Assembly (NCBI GenBank): GCA_964016885.1
Contig: OZ024744.1
Location: 122,450,001 to 122,514,000 of the forward strand
Source: Eledone cirrhosa
Taxonomy: Eukaryota
Reading direction: 5' to 3'
Length of the DNA stretch: 64,000 bases
The position numbers and the translations under genes were made by a program. Under the pieces are notes generated by a model that saw only the letters and a list, made by a program, of their open reading frames with translations, was not told the origin of the DNA and searched no databases. Shown here one piece after another: positions 39,101 through 51,139 of this stretch (position 1 is its first letter; the number at the start of each line of letters is the position of its first letter).

Positions 39101-42100
39101 TGTACTATAGTTAGGTCTAGGGTTCTATACCGTAGTTAGGTTTAAGGTTCTATACTGTAGTTAGGTATAGGGTTCGGTAGTGAAGTTAGGTTTAGGGTGC
39201 TGTACTGTAGTTAGGTTTAGGGTTCTATACTATAGTTAGGTTTAGGGTTCTATAGTGTAGTTAGGTTTAGGGTTCTATACTGTAGTTAGGTTTAGGGTTC
39301 TGTAGTGTTGTTAGGTCTAGGTTTCTGTAATGTAGTGAGGTTTAGGGTTCTGTACTGTAGTGAGGTTTAGGGTTCTGTAGTATAGTTAGGTTTAGTGTTC
39401 TGTAGTGTAGTTAGGTTTAGGGTTCTATACTGTAGTTAGGTCTAGGGTTCCATAAAGTAGTTAGATCTAGGGTTCTATAGTGTAGTTAGGTGTAGGGTTC
39501 AGTACTGTAGCTAGGTGTAGGGTTCTATACTGTAGTTATGTCTAGGGTTCTATAGTGTAGTTAGGTTTAAAGGTTCTGTACTGTAGTTAGGTTTAGGTTT
39601 CTATACTGTAATTAGGTTTAGGGTTCTATATTGCAGTTAGGTTTAGGGTTCTGTAGTGTAGTTAGGTCTAGGATTCTATGTTGTATTTAGATTTAGGGTT
39701 CTGTAGTGTAGTTAGGTTTAGGGTTCTATACTGTAGTTAGGTTTAGGGTTCCGTACTATAGTTAGGTCTAGGGTTCTATACTGTAGTTAGGTTTAAGGTT
39801 CTATACTGTAGTTAGGTCTAGGGTTCTGTAGTGTAGTTAGGTTGAGGGTGCTGTACTGTAGTTAGGGTTAGTGTCCTATACTATAGTCAGGTTTAGGGTT
39901 CTATAGTGTAGTTAGGTTTAGGGTTCTATACTGTTGGTCGGTTTAGGGTTCTGTAGTGTAGTTAGGTCTAGGTTTCTGTAATGTAGTTAGGTTTAAGGTT
40001 CTGTACTGTAGTTAGGTTTAGGGTTCTATACTATAGTTAGGTTTACGGTTCTATAGTGTAGTTAGGTCTAGGGTTCTATAGTGTAGCTAGGTGTAGGGTT
40101 CTATACTGTAGTTATGTCTAGGGTTCTATACTGTAGTGATGTTTAGGGTTCTATAGTATAGTTAGGTTTAAAGGTTCTGTACTATAGTTAGGTCTAGGAT
40201 GCTATACTGTAGTTAGGTTTAGGGTTCTATACTGTAGTTAGGTTTAGGGTTCTATACTATAGTTAGGTTTAAGGTTCTATACTGTAATTAGGTTTAGGGT
40301 TCTGTAGTGTATTTAGGTTTAGTGTTCTGTAGTGTAGTAAGGTCTAGGGTTCTGTACTGTAGTTAGGTCTAGGGTTCTATACTGTAGCTAGGTGTAGGGT
40401 TCTATACTGTAGCTAGGTCTAGGGTTCTATACTGTAGTTAGGTTTATGGTATTGTTGTGTAGTTAGATTTAGGGTTCTGTAGTGTAGTTAGGTCTAGGGT
40501 TCTATACTGTAGTTAGGTCTAGGGTTCTATACTGTAGTTAGGTCTAGAGTTCTATACTGTAGCTAGGTCTAGGGTTCTATACTGTAGTTAGCTTTAGGGT
40601 TCTGTAGTGTAGTTAGGTTTAGGGTTCTATACTGTAGTTAGGTCTAGGGTTCTATACTGTAGTTAGGTCTAGGGTTCTGTAGTGTAGTTAGGTCTAGGGT
40701 TCTATACTGTAGTGAGGTTTAGGGTTCTGTACTATAGTTAGGTCTAGGGTGCTATACTGTAGTTAGGTTTAGAGGTCTGTAGTGTAGTTAGGTTTAGGGT
40801 TCTATATTGTAGTTAGGTCTAGGGTTCTATACTCTAGCTAGGTCTAGGGTTCTATACTGTAGTGAGGTTTAGGGTTCTGTACTATAGTTAGGTCTAGGGT
40901 GCTATACTGTAGTTAGATTTAGAGTTCTGTAGTGTAGTTAGGTTTAGGGTTCTATATTGTAGTTAGGTTTAGGGTTCTGTAATATAGTTAGGCTTAGGGT
41001 TCTGTACTGTAGTTAGGTCTAGGGTTCTATACTGTAGCTAGGTTTAGGGTTCTAAACTGTAGCTAGGTGTAGGGTTCTATACTGTAGTGAGGTTTAGGGT
41101 TCTGCAGTGTAGTTAGATTTAGGGTTGTGTACTGTAGTTACGTCTAGGGTTCTATACTGTAGTTAGGTTTAGGGTTCTGTAGTGTAGTTAGGTCTAGGGT
41201 TCTATACTGTAGTTAGGTTTAAGGTTCTATATTGTAGTTAGGCTTAGGGTTCTATACTGTAGTTAGGTCTAGGGTTCTATACTGCAGTTAGGTCTAGGGT
41301 TCTATACTGTAGTTAGGTTTAAGGTTCTATACTGTAGTTAGGTTTAGGGTTCTGTAGTGTAGGTAGGTTTAGGGTTCTATACTGTAGTTAGGTCTAGGGT
41401 TCTGTAGTGTAGTTAGGTTTAGGGTGCTGTACTGTAGTTAGGTTTAGGGTTCTATACTATAGTTAGGTTTAGGGTTCTATAGTGTAGTTAGGTTTAGGGT
41501 TCTAAACTGTAGTTAGGTTTAGGGTTCTGTAGTGTAGTTAGGTTTAGGGTTCTGTAGTGTAGTTGGGTTTAGGGTTCTGTACTGTCGTTAGGTCTAGGGT
41601 TCTATATTGTAGTTAAGTTTAGGGTTCTGTAATATAGTTAGGTTTAGGGTTCTGTACTGTAGTTAGGTTTAGGGTTGTGTACTGTAGTTAGGTCTAGGGT
41701 TTTACACTGTAGTTAGGTTTAGGGTTCTGTAGTGTAGTTAGGTCTTGGGTTCTATACTGTAGTTAGGTTTAGGGTTCTGAAGTGTAGTTAGGTTTAGGGT
41801 TCTGTAGTGTAGTTAGGTCTAGGTTTCTGTAATGTAGTTAGGTTTAGGGTTCTGTACTGTAGTTAGGTTTAGGGTTCTATAGTGTAGTTAGGTCTACGGT
41901 TCTATACAGTAGCTAGGTGTAGGGTTCTATACTGTAGTTATGTCTAGGGTTCTAAACTGTAGTGAGGTTTAGGGTTCTATAGTTTAGTTAGGTTTAAAGG
42001 TTCTGTACTATAGTTAGGTCTAGGGTGCTATACTGTAGTTAGGTTTAGGGGTCTATACTGTAGTTAGGTTTAGGGTTCTATACTATAGTTAGGTTTAAGG

Positions 42101-45100
42101 TTCTATACTGTAATTAGGTTTAGGGTTCTGTAGTGTAGTTAGGTTTAGGGTTCTATATTGTAGTTAGGTTAAGGGTTCTGTAGTGTAGTTAGGTCTAGGG
42201 TTCTGTACTGTAGTTAGGTCTGGGGTTCTATACTGTAGCTAGGTCTAGGGTTCTATACTGTAGTTAGGTTTAGGGTTCTGTAGTGTAGTTAGGTTTAGGG
42301 TTCTGTTGTGTAATTAGGTTTAGGGTTCTATACTGTAGTTAGGTCTAGGGTTCTATAGTGTAGTTAGGTCTAGGGTTCTATACTGTAGTTAGGTCTAGGG
42401 TTCTGTAGTGTAGTTAGGTCTAGGGTTCTATACTGTAGCTAGGTGTAGGGTTCTATATTGTAGTTAGGTCTAGGGTTCTATACTGTAGTGAGGTCTAGGG
42501 TTCTGTAGTGTAGTTAGGTCTAGGATTCTATATTGTAGTTAGGTTTAGGGTTCTGTACTATAGTTAGGTCTAGGGTGCTATACTGTAGTTAGGTTTAGGG
42601 TTCTGTACCGTAGTTAGGTTTAGGGTTCTATATTGTAGTTAGGTTTAGGGTTCTGTAGTTTAGTTAGATTTAGGGTTCTATATTGTAGTTAGGTTTAGGG
42701 TTCTGTAATATAGTTAGGTTTAGGGTTCTGTACTGTAGTTACGTCGAGGGTTCTATACTGCAGCTAGGTTTAGGGTTCTAAACAGTAGCTAGGTGTAGGG
42801 TTCTATATTGTAGTGAGGTTTAGGGTTCTGTAGTGTAGTTAGGTTTAGGGTTGTCTACTGTAGTTACGTCTAGGGTTCTATATTGTAGTTAGGTTTAGGG
42901 TTCTGTACTGTAGTTAGGTCTAGGATTCTATATTGTAGTTAGGTTTAGGGTTCTGTAGTGTAGTTAGGTTTAGGGTTCTATACTGTAGTTAGGTTTAAGG
43001 TTCTGTACTATAGTTAGGTCTAGGGTTCTATACTGTAGTTAGGTTTAAGGTTCTATACTGTAGTTCGGTTTAGGGTTCTGTAGTGTAGTTAGGTTTAGGG
43101 TTCTGTACTGTAGTTAGGTTTAGGGTTCTATACTATAGTTAGGTTTAGGGTTCTATAGTGTAGTTAGGTCTAGGGTTCTATACTGTAGCTAGGTGTAGGG
43201 TTCTATACTGGAGTTATGTCTAGGGTTGTATAATGTAGTGAGGTTTTGGGTTCTATAGTGTAGTTAGGTTTAAAGGTTCTGTACTATAGTTAGGTCTAGG
43301 GTGCTATACTGTAGTTAGGTTTAGGGTTCTATAATATAGTTAGGTTTAAGGTTCTATACTGTAATTAGGTTTAGGGTTCTGTAGTGTAGTTAGGTTTAGG
43401 GTTCTATATTGTAGTTAGGTTAAGGGTTCTGTAGTGTAGTTAGGTCTAGGGTTCTGTACTGTAGTTAGGTCTAGGGTTCTATACTGTAGCTAGGTCTAGT
43501 GTTCTATACTGTAGTTAGGTTTAGGGTTCTGTAGTGTAGTTAGGTTTAGGGTTCTGTAATGTAGTTAGGTCTAGGTTTCTATACCGTAGTTGGGTCTAGG
43601 GTTCTATAGTGTAGTTAGGTCTAGGGTTCTATACTGTAGTTAGGACTAGGGTTCTATACTGTAGTTAGGTCTAGGGTTCTATACTGTAGCTAGGTGTAGG
43701 GTTCTATACTGTAGTTAGGTTTAGGGTTCTGTAGTGTAGTTAGGTTTAGGGTTCTATACTGTAGTTAGGTCTAGGGTTCTATAGTGTAGTTAGGTCTAGG
43801 GTTCTATACTGTAGTTAGGTCTAGGGTTCTATACTGTAGTTAGGTCTAGGGTTCTATACTGTAGTTAGGTCTAGAGTTCTATACTGTAGTTAGGTCTAGA
43901 GTTCTGTACTATAGTTAGGTCTAGGGTGCTGTACTGTAGTTAGGTTTAGGGTTCTGTACTGTAGTTAGGTTTAGGGTTCTATATTGTAGTTAGGTTTAGG
44001 GTTCTGTAATGTAGTTAGGTTTAGGGTTCTATATTGTAGTTAGGTTTAGGGTTCTGTAATGTAGTTAGGTCTAGGTTTCTATACCGTAGTTGGGTCTAGG
44101 GTTCTATAGTGTAGTTAGGTCTAGGGTTCTATACTGTAGTTAGGACTAGGGTTCTATACTGTAGTTAGGTTTAGGGTTCTGTACTGTAGTTAGGTCTAGG
44201 GGTCTATACTGTAGCTAGGTCTAGGGGTCTATACTGTAGCTAGGTTTAGGGTTCTATACTGTAGTTAGGTTTAGGGTTCTGTAGTGTAGTTAGATTTAGG
44301 GTTCTATAATGTTGTGAGGTTTAGCGTTCTGTACTGTAGTGAGGTCTAGGGTTCTATACTTTAGTTAGCTTTAGGGTTCTGTACCGTAGTTAGGTTTAGG
44401 GTTCAATACTGTAGTTAGGTTTAGGGTTCTATACTGTAGCTATGTTTAGGGTTCTGTAGTGTAGTTGGGTTTAGGGTTCTGTACTGTAGTTAGGTCTAGG
44501 GTTCTATACTGTAGTTAGGTCTAGGGTTCTATAGTGTAGTTAGGTTTAGGGTTCTGTAGTGTAGTTAGGTTTAGGGTTCTATACTGTAGCTAGGTTTAGG
44601 GTTCTGTAGTGTAGTTAGGTTTAGGGTTCTGTACTGTAGTGAGTTTTAGGGTTCTATAGTGTAGTTAGGTCTAGGGTTCTATACTGTAGCTAGGTGTAGG
44701 ATTCTATACTGTAGTTATGTCTAGGGTTCTATACTGTAGTGAGGTTTTGGGTTCTATAGTATAGTAAGGTTTAAAGGTTCTGTACTATAGTTAGGTCTAG
44801 GGTGCTATACTCTAGCGAGGTTTAGGGTTCTATACTATAGTTAGGTTTAAGGTTCTATACAGTAATTAGGTTTAAGGTTCTATATTGTAGTTAGGTTTAG
44901 GGTTCTGTAGTGTAGTTAGGTCTAGGATTCTATATTGTAGTTAGGTTTAGGGTTCTATAGTGTAGTTAGGTTTAGGGTTCTATACTGTAGTTAGGTTTAG
45001 GGTTCTGTACTATAGTTAGGTCTAGGGTTCTATACTGTAGTTAGTTCTAGGGTTCTATAGTGTAGTTAGGTCTAGGGTTCTATACTGTAGTTAGGTCTAG

Positions 45101-46700
45101 GGTTCTATACTGTAGCTAGGTGTAGGGTTCTATACTGTAGTTAGGTTTAGGGTTCTGTAGTGTAGTTAGGTTAAGGGTTCTATACTGTAGTTAGGTCTAG
45201 GGTTCTATAGTGTAGTTAGGTCTAGGGTTCCATACTGTAGCTAGGTGTAGGGTTCTATACTGTAGTTAGGTCTAGGGTTCTATACTGTAGTGAGGTCTAG
45301 GGTTCTGTAGTGTAGTTAGGTCTAGGATTCTATACTGTAGTTAGGTTTAGGGTTCTGTACTATAGTTAGGTCTAGGGTTCTATATTGTAGTTAGGTTTAG
45401 GGTTCTGTACTATAGTTAGGTCTAGGGTGCTAAACTGTAGTTAGGTTTAGGGTTCTGTACCGTAGTTAGGTTTAGGGTTCTATATTGTAGTTAGGTTTAG
45501 GGTTCTGTAGTTTAGTTAGATTTAGGGTTCTATATTGTAGTTAGGTTTAGGGTTCTGTAATATAGTTAGGTTTAGGGTTCTGTACTGTAGTTAGGTCTAG
45601 GGTTCTATACTGCAGCTAGGTTTAGGGTTCTAAACAGTAGCTAGGTGTAGGGTTCTATATTGTAGTGAGGTTTAGGGTGCTGTAGTGTAGTTAGGTTTAG
45701 GGTTGTGTACTGTAGTTACGTCTAGGGTTCTATATTGTAGTTAGGTTTAGGGTTCTGTAGTGTAGTTAGGTCTAGGATTCTATATTGTAGTTAGGTTTAG
45801 GGTTCTGTAGTGTAGTTAGGTTTAGGGTTCTATACTGTAGTTAGGTTTAGGGTTCTGTACTATAGTTAGGTCTAGGGTTCTATACTGTAGTTAGGTTTAA
45901 GGTTCTATACTGTAGTTGGGTTTAGGGTTCTGTAGTGTAGGTAGGTTTAGGGTTCTATACTGTAGCTAGGTCTAGGGTTCTATACTGTAGTTAGGTCTAG
46001 GGTTCTATACTGTAGCTAGGTGTAGGGTTCTATACTGTAATTAGGTCTAGGGTTCTATACTGTAGTGAGGTTTAGGGTTCTGTAGTGTAGTTAGGTTTAG
46101 GGTTGTGTACTGTAATTACGTCTAGGGTTCTATACTGTAGTTAGGTTTAGGGTTCTGTAGTGTAGTTAGGTCTAGGGTTCTATACTGTAGTTAGGTTTAA
46201 GCTTCTATATTGTAGTTAGGTTTAGGGTTCTATACTGTAGTTAGGTCTAGGTTTCTATACTGTAGTTAGGTCTAGGGTTCTGTACTATAGTTAGGTCTAG
46301 GGTTCTATACTGTAGTTAGGTTTAAGGTTCTATACTGTAGTTAGGTTTGGATTGTGTAGTGTAGTTAGGTCTAGGTATCTGTAATGTAGTGAGGTTTAGG
46401 GTTCTGTAGTGTAGTTAGGTTTAGGGTTCTGTACTGTAGTGAGGTTTAGGGTTCTGTAGTGTAGTTAGGTTTAGGGTTCTGTAGTGTAGTTAGGTCTAGG
46501 ATTCTATGTTGTAGTTAGGTTTAGGGTTCTGTAGTGTAGGTAGGTTTAGGGTTCTATACTGTAGTTAGGTCTAGGGTTCTGTAGTGTAGTTAGGTTTAGG
46601 GTGCTGTACTGCAGTTAGGTTTAGTGTCCTATACTATAGTCAGGTTTAGGGTTCTATAGTGTAGTTAGGTTTAGGGTTCTATACTGTAGTTAGGTTTAGG
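27140..46700 (+). repeat. Large tandem duplication of about 9-10.7 kb (~27140-37800 versus ~37800-46700) with internal copy-number changes
   Basis: Collinear rare markers: TAGCGTTC 27914/38596 (offset 10682), CCATAAAG 28700/39457 (10757), TGGTCGG 29232/39939 (10707), TAGAGGTC 30066/40773 (10707), ACGTCGAG 33286/42742 (9456), CTCTAGCGAG 35260/44816 (9556), TAAGCTTC 37297/46202 (8905). Confidence 0.88.
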
Positions 46701-49440
46701 GTTCTGTAGTGTAGTTAGGTCTAGGTTTCTGTAATGTAGTTAGGTTTAGGGTTCTGTACTGTAGTTAGGTTTAGGGTTCTATACTATAGTTAGGTTTACG
46801 GTTCTATAGTGAAGTTAGGTCTAGGGTTCTATACTGTAGTGATGTTTAGGGTTCTATAGTATAGTTAGGTTTAAAGGTTCTGTACTATAGTTAGGTCTAG
46901 GATGCTATACTGTAGTTAGGTTTAGGGTTCTATACTGTAGTTAGGTTTAGGGTTCTATACTATAGTTAGGTTTAAGGTTCTATATTGTAATTAGGTTAAG
47001 GGTTCTATACTGTAGTTAGGTCTAGGGTTCTATAGTGTAGTTAGGTCTAGGGTTCCATAGTGTAGCTAGGTGTAGGGTTCTATACTGTAGTTAGGTCTAG
47101 GGTTCTATACTGTAGTGAGGTCTAGGGTTCTGTAGTGTAGTTAGGTCTAGGATTCTATACTGTAGTTAGGTTTAGGGTTCTGTACTATAGTTAGGTCTAG
47201 GGTGCTATACTGTAGTTAGGTTTAGGGTTCTGTACCGTAGTTAGGTTTAGGGTTCTATATTGTAGTTAGGTTTAGGGTTCTGTAGTTTAGTTAGATTTAG
47301 GGTTCTATATTGTAGTTAGGTTTAGGGTTCTGTAATATAGTTAGGTTTAGGGTTCTGTACTGTAGTTAGGTCTAGGGTTCTATACTGCAGCTAGGTTTAG
47401 GGTTCTAAACAGTAGCTAGGTGTAGGGTTCTATATTGTAGTGAGGTTTAGGGTGCTGTAGTGTAGTTAGGTTTAGGGTTGTGTACTGTAGTTACGTCTAG
47501 GGTTCTATATTGTAGTTAGGTTTAGGGTTCTGTAGTGTAGTTAGGTCTAGGATTCTATATTGTAGTTAGGTTTAGGGTTCTGTAGTGTAGTTAGGTTTAG
47601 GGTTCTATACTGTAGTTAGGTTTAGGGTTCTGTACTATAGTTAGGTCTAGGGTTCTATACTGTAGTTAGGTTTAAGGTTCTATACTGTAGTTGGGTTTAG
47701 GGTTCTGTAGTGTAGGTAGGTTTAGGGTTCTATACTGTAGTTAGGTCTAGGGTTCTGTAGTGTATTTAGGTTTAGGGTTCTGTACTGTAGTTAGGTTTAG
47801 GGTTCTATACTATAGTTAGGTTTAGGGTTCCATAGTGTAGTTAGGTCTAGGGTTCTATACTGTAGTTAGGTCTAGGGTTCTATACTGTAGCTAGGTGTAG
47901 GGTTCTATACTGTAGTTAGGTCTAGGGTTGTATACTGTAGTGAGGTTTTGGGTTCTATAGTGTAGTTAGGTTTAAAGGTTCTGTACTATAGTTAGGTCTA
48001 GGGTGCTATACTGTTGTGAGGTTTAGGGTTCTATACTGTAGTTAGGTTTAGGGTTCTATACTATAGTTAGGTGTAAGGTTCTATACTGTAATTAGGTTTA
48101 GGATTCTGTAGTGTAGTTAGGTTTAGGGTTCTATATTGTAGTTAGGTTTAGGGTTTTGTAGTGTAGTAAGGTTTAGGGTTCTGTAGTGTAGTAAGGTTCT
48201 ATACTGTAATTAGGTTTAGGATTCTGTAGTGTAGTTAGGTTTAGGGTTCTATATTGTAGTTAGGTTTAGGGTTCTGTACTGTAGTTAGGTCTAGGGCTCT
48301 ATACTGTAGCTAGGTCTAGGGTTCTATACTGTAGTTAGGTTTAGGGTTCTGTAGTGTAGTTAGGTCTAGGGTTCTGTACTGTAGTTAGTTCTAGGGTTCT
48401 ATAGTGTAGTTAGGTCTAGGGTTCTATACTGTAGTTAGGTCTAGGGTTCTATACTGTAGCTAGGTGTAGGGTTCTATACTGTAATTAGGTCTAGGGTTCT
48501 ATACTGTAGTGAGGTTTAGGGTTCTGTAGTGTAGTTAGGTTTAGGGTTGTGTACTGTAATTACGTCTAGGGTTCTATACTGTAGTTAGGTTTAGGGTTCT
48601 GTAGTGTAGTTAGGTCTAGGGTTCTATACTGTAGTTAGGTTTAAGCTTCTATATTGTAGTTAGGTTTAGGGTTCTATACTGTAGTTAGGTCTAGGTTTCT
48701 ATACTGTAGTTAGGTCTAGGGTTCTGTACTATAGTTAGGTCTAGGGTTCTATACTGTAGTTAGGTTTAAGGTTCTATACTGTAGTTAGGTTTGGATTGTG
48801 TAGTGTAGTTAGGTCTAGGTATCTGTAATGTAGTGAGGTTTAGGGTTCTGTAGTGTAGTTAGGTTTAGGGTTCTGTACTGTAGTGAGGTTTAGGGTTCTG
48901 TAGTGTAGTTAGGTTTAGGGTTCTGTAGTGTAGTTAGGTCTAGGATTCTATGTTGTAGTTAGGTTTAGGGTTCTGTAGTGTAGGTAGGTTTAGGGTTTTA
49001 TACTGTAGTTAGGTCTAGGGTTCTGTAGTGTAGTTAGGTTTAGGGTGCTGTACTGCAGTTAGGTTTAGTGTCCTATACTATAGTCAGGTTTAGGGTTCTA
49101 TAGTGTAGTTAGGTTTAGGGTTCTATACTGTAGTTAGGTTTAGGGTTCTGTAGTGTAGTTAGGTCTAGGTTTCTGTAATGTAGTTAGGTTTAGGGTTCTG
49201 TACTGTAGTTAGGTTTAGGGTTCTATACTATAGTTAGGTTTACGGTTCTATAGTGAAGTTAGGTCTAGGGTTCTATACTGTAGTGATGTTTAGGGTTCTA
49301 TAGTATAGTTAGGTTTAAAGGTTCTGTACTATAGTTAGGTCTAGGATGCTATACTGTAGTTAGGTTTAGGGTTCTATACTGTAGTTAGGTTTAGGGTTCT
49401 ATACTATAGTTAGGTTTAAGGTTCTATATTGTAATTAGGT
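45960..49440 (+). repeat. Block of about 1 kb duplicated at offset 2444 (~45960-46990 versus ~48410-49435)
   Basis: TAAGCTTC C46202/C48646 and TAGTGAAG G46811/G49255, both at offset 2444. GGTATCTGTAAT and GTTTGGATTGTG markers are also shared. Confidence 0.85.
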
Positions 49441-51139
49441 TTAGGGTTCTGTAGTGTAGTTAGGTTTAGGGTTCTATATTGTAGTTAGGTTTAGTGTTCT
49501 GTAGTGTAGTAAGGTCTAGGGTTCTGTACTGTAGTTAGGTCTAGGTTCTATACTGTAGTTAGGTTTATGGCATTGTTGTGTAGTTAGGTTTAGGGTTCTG
49601 TAATGTAGTTAGGTTTAGGGTTCTGTAGTGTAGTTAGGTCTAGGGTTCTATACTGTAGTTAGTTCTAGGGTTTTATAGTGTAGATAGGTCTAGGGTTCTA
49701 TACTGTAGTTAGGTCTAGGGTTCTATACTGTAGCTAGGTCTAGGGTTCTATACTGTAGTTAGGTTTAGGGTTCTGTAGTGTAGTTAGGTTTAGGGTTGTA
49801 TACTGTAGTTAGGTCTAGGATTCTATACTGTAGTTAGGTCTAGGGTTCTGTAGTGTAGTTAGATCTAGGGTACTATACTGTAGTTAGGTCTAGGGTTCTA
49901 TACTGTAGCTAGATCTAGGGTTCTATACTGTAGTGAGGTTTAGGGTTCTGTACTATAGTTAGGTCTAGGGTGCTATACTGTAGTTAGGTTTAGAGTTCTG
50001 TAGTGTAGTTAGGTTTAGGGTTCTATATTGTAGTTAGGTTTAGGGTTCTGTAATATAGTTAGGCTTAGGGTTCTGTACTGTAGTTAGGTCTAGGGTTCTA
50101 TACTGTAGCTAGGTTTAGGGTTCTAAACTGTTGCTAGGTGTAGGGTTCTATACTGTAGTGAGGTTTAGGGTTCTGCAGTGTAGTTAGATTTAGGGTTGTG
50201 TACTGTAGTTACGTCTAGGGTTCTATACTGTAGTTAGGTTTAGGGTTCTGTAGTGTAGTTAGGTCTAGGTTTCTGTAATGTAGTTAGGTTTAGGGTTCTG
50301 TACTGTAGTTAGGTTTAGGGTTCTATACTGTAGTTAGGTTTAGGGTTCTATACTGTAGTTATGTTTAGGGTTCTGTAGTGTAGTTGGGTTTAGGGTTCTG
50401 TACTGTAGTTAGGTCTAGGGTTCTGTATTGTAGTTAGGTTTAGGGTTCTGTAATATAGTTAGGTTTAGGGTTCTATATTGTAGTTAGGTTTAGGGTTCTG
50501 TAATATAGTTAGGATTAGGGTTATGTACTGTAGTTAGGTTTAGGGTTGTGTACTGTAGTTAGGTCTAGGGTTTTATACTGTAGTTAGGTTTAGGGTTCTG
50601 TAGTGTAGTTAGGTCTTTGGTTCTATACTGTAGTTAGGTTTAGGGTTCTATAGGGTAGTTAGGTCTAGGGTTCTATACTGTAGCTAGGTGTAGGGTTCTA
50701 TACTGTAGTTATGTCTAGGGTTCTAAACTGTAGTGAGGTTTAGGGTTCTATAGTTTAGTTAGGTTTAAAGGTTCTGTACTATAGTTAGGTCTAGGGTGCT
50801 ATACTGTAGTTAGGTTCAGGGTTCTATACTATAGTTAGGTTTAAGGTTCTATACTGTAATTAGGTTTAGAGTTCTGTAGTGTAGTTAGGTTTAGGGTTCT
50901 ATATTGTAGTTAGGTTAAGGGTTCTGTAGTGTAGTTAGGTCTAGGGTTCTGTACTGTTGTTAGGTCTAGGGTTCTATACTGTAGCTAGGTCTAGGGTTCT
51001 ATACTGTAGTTAGGTTTAGGGTTCTGTAGTGTAGTTAGGTTTAGGGTTCTGTAGTGTAGTTAGGTCTAGGTTTCTATACCGTAGTTAGGTCTAGGGTTCT
51101 ATATTGTAGTTAGGTCTAGGGTTCTATACTGTAGTTAGG

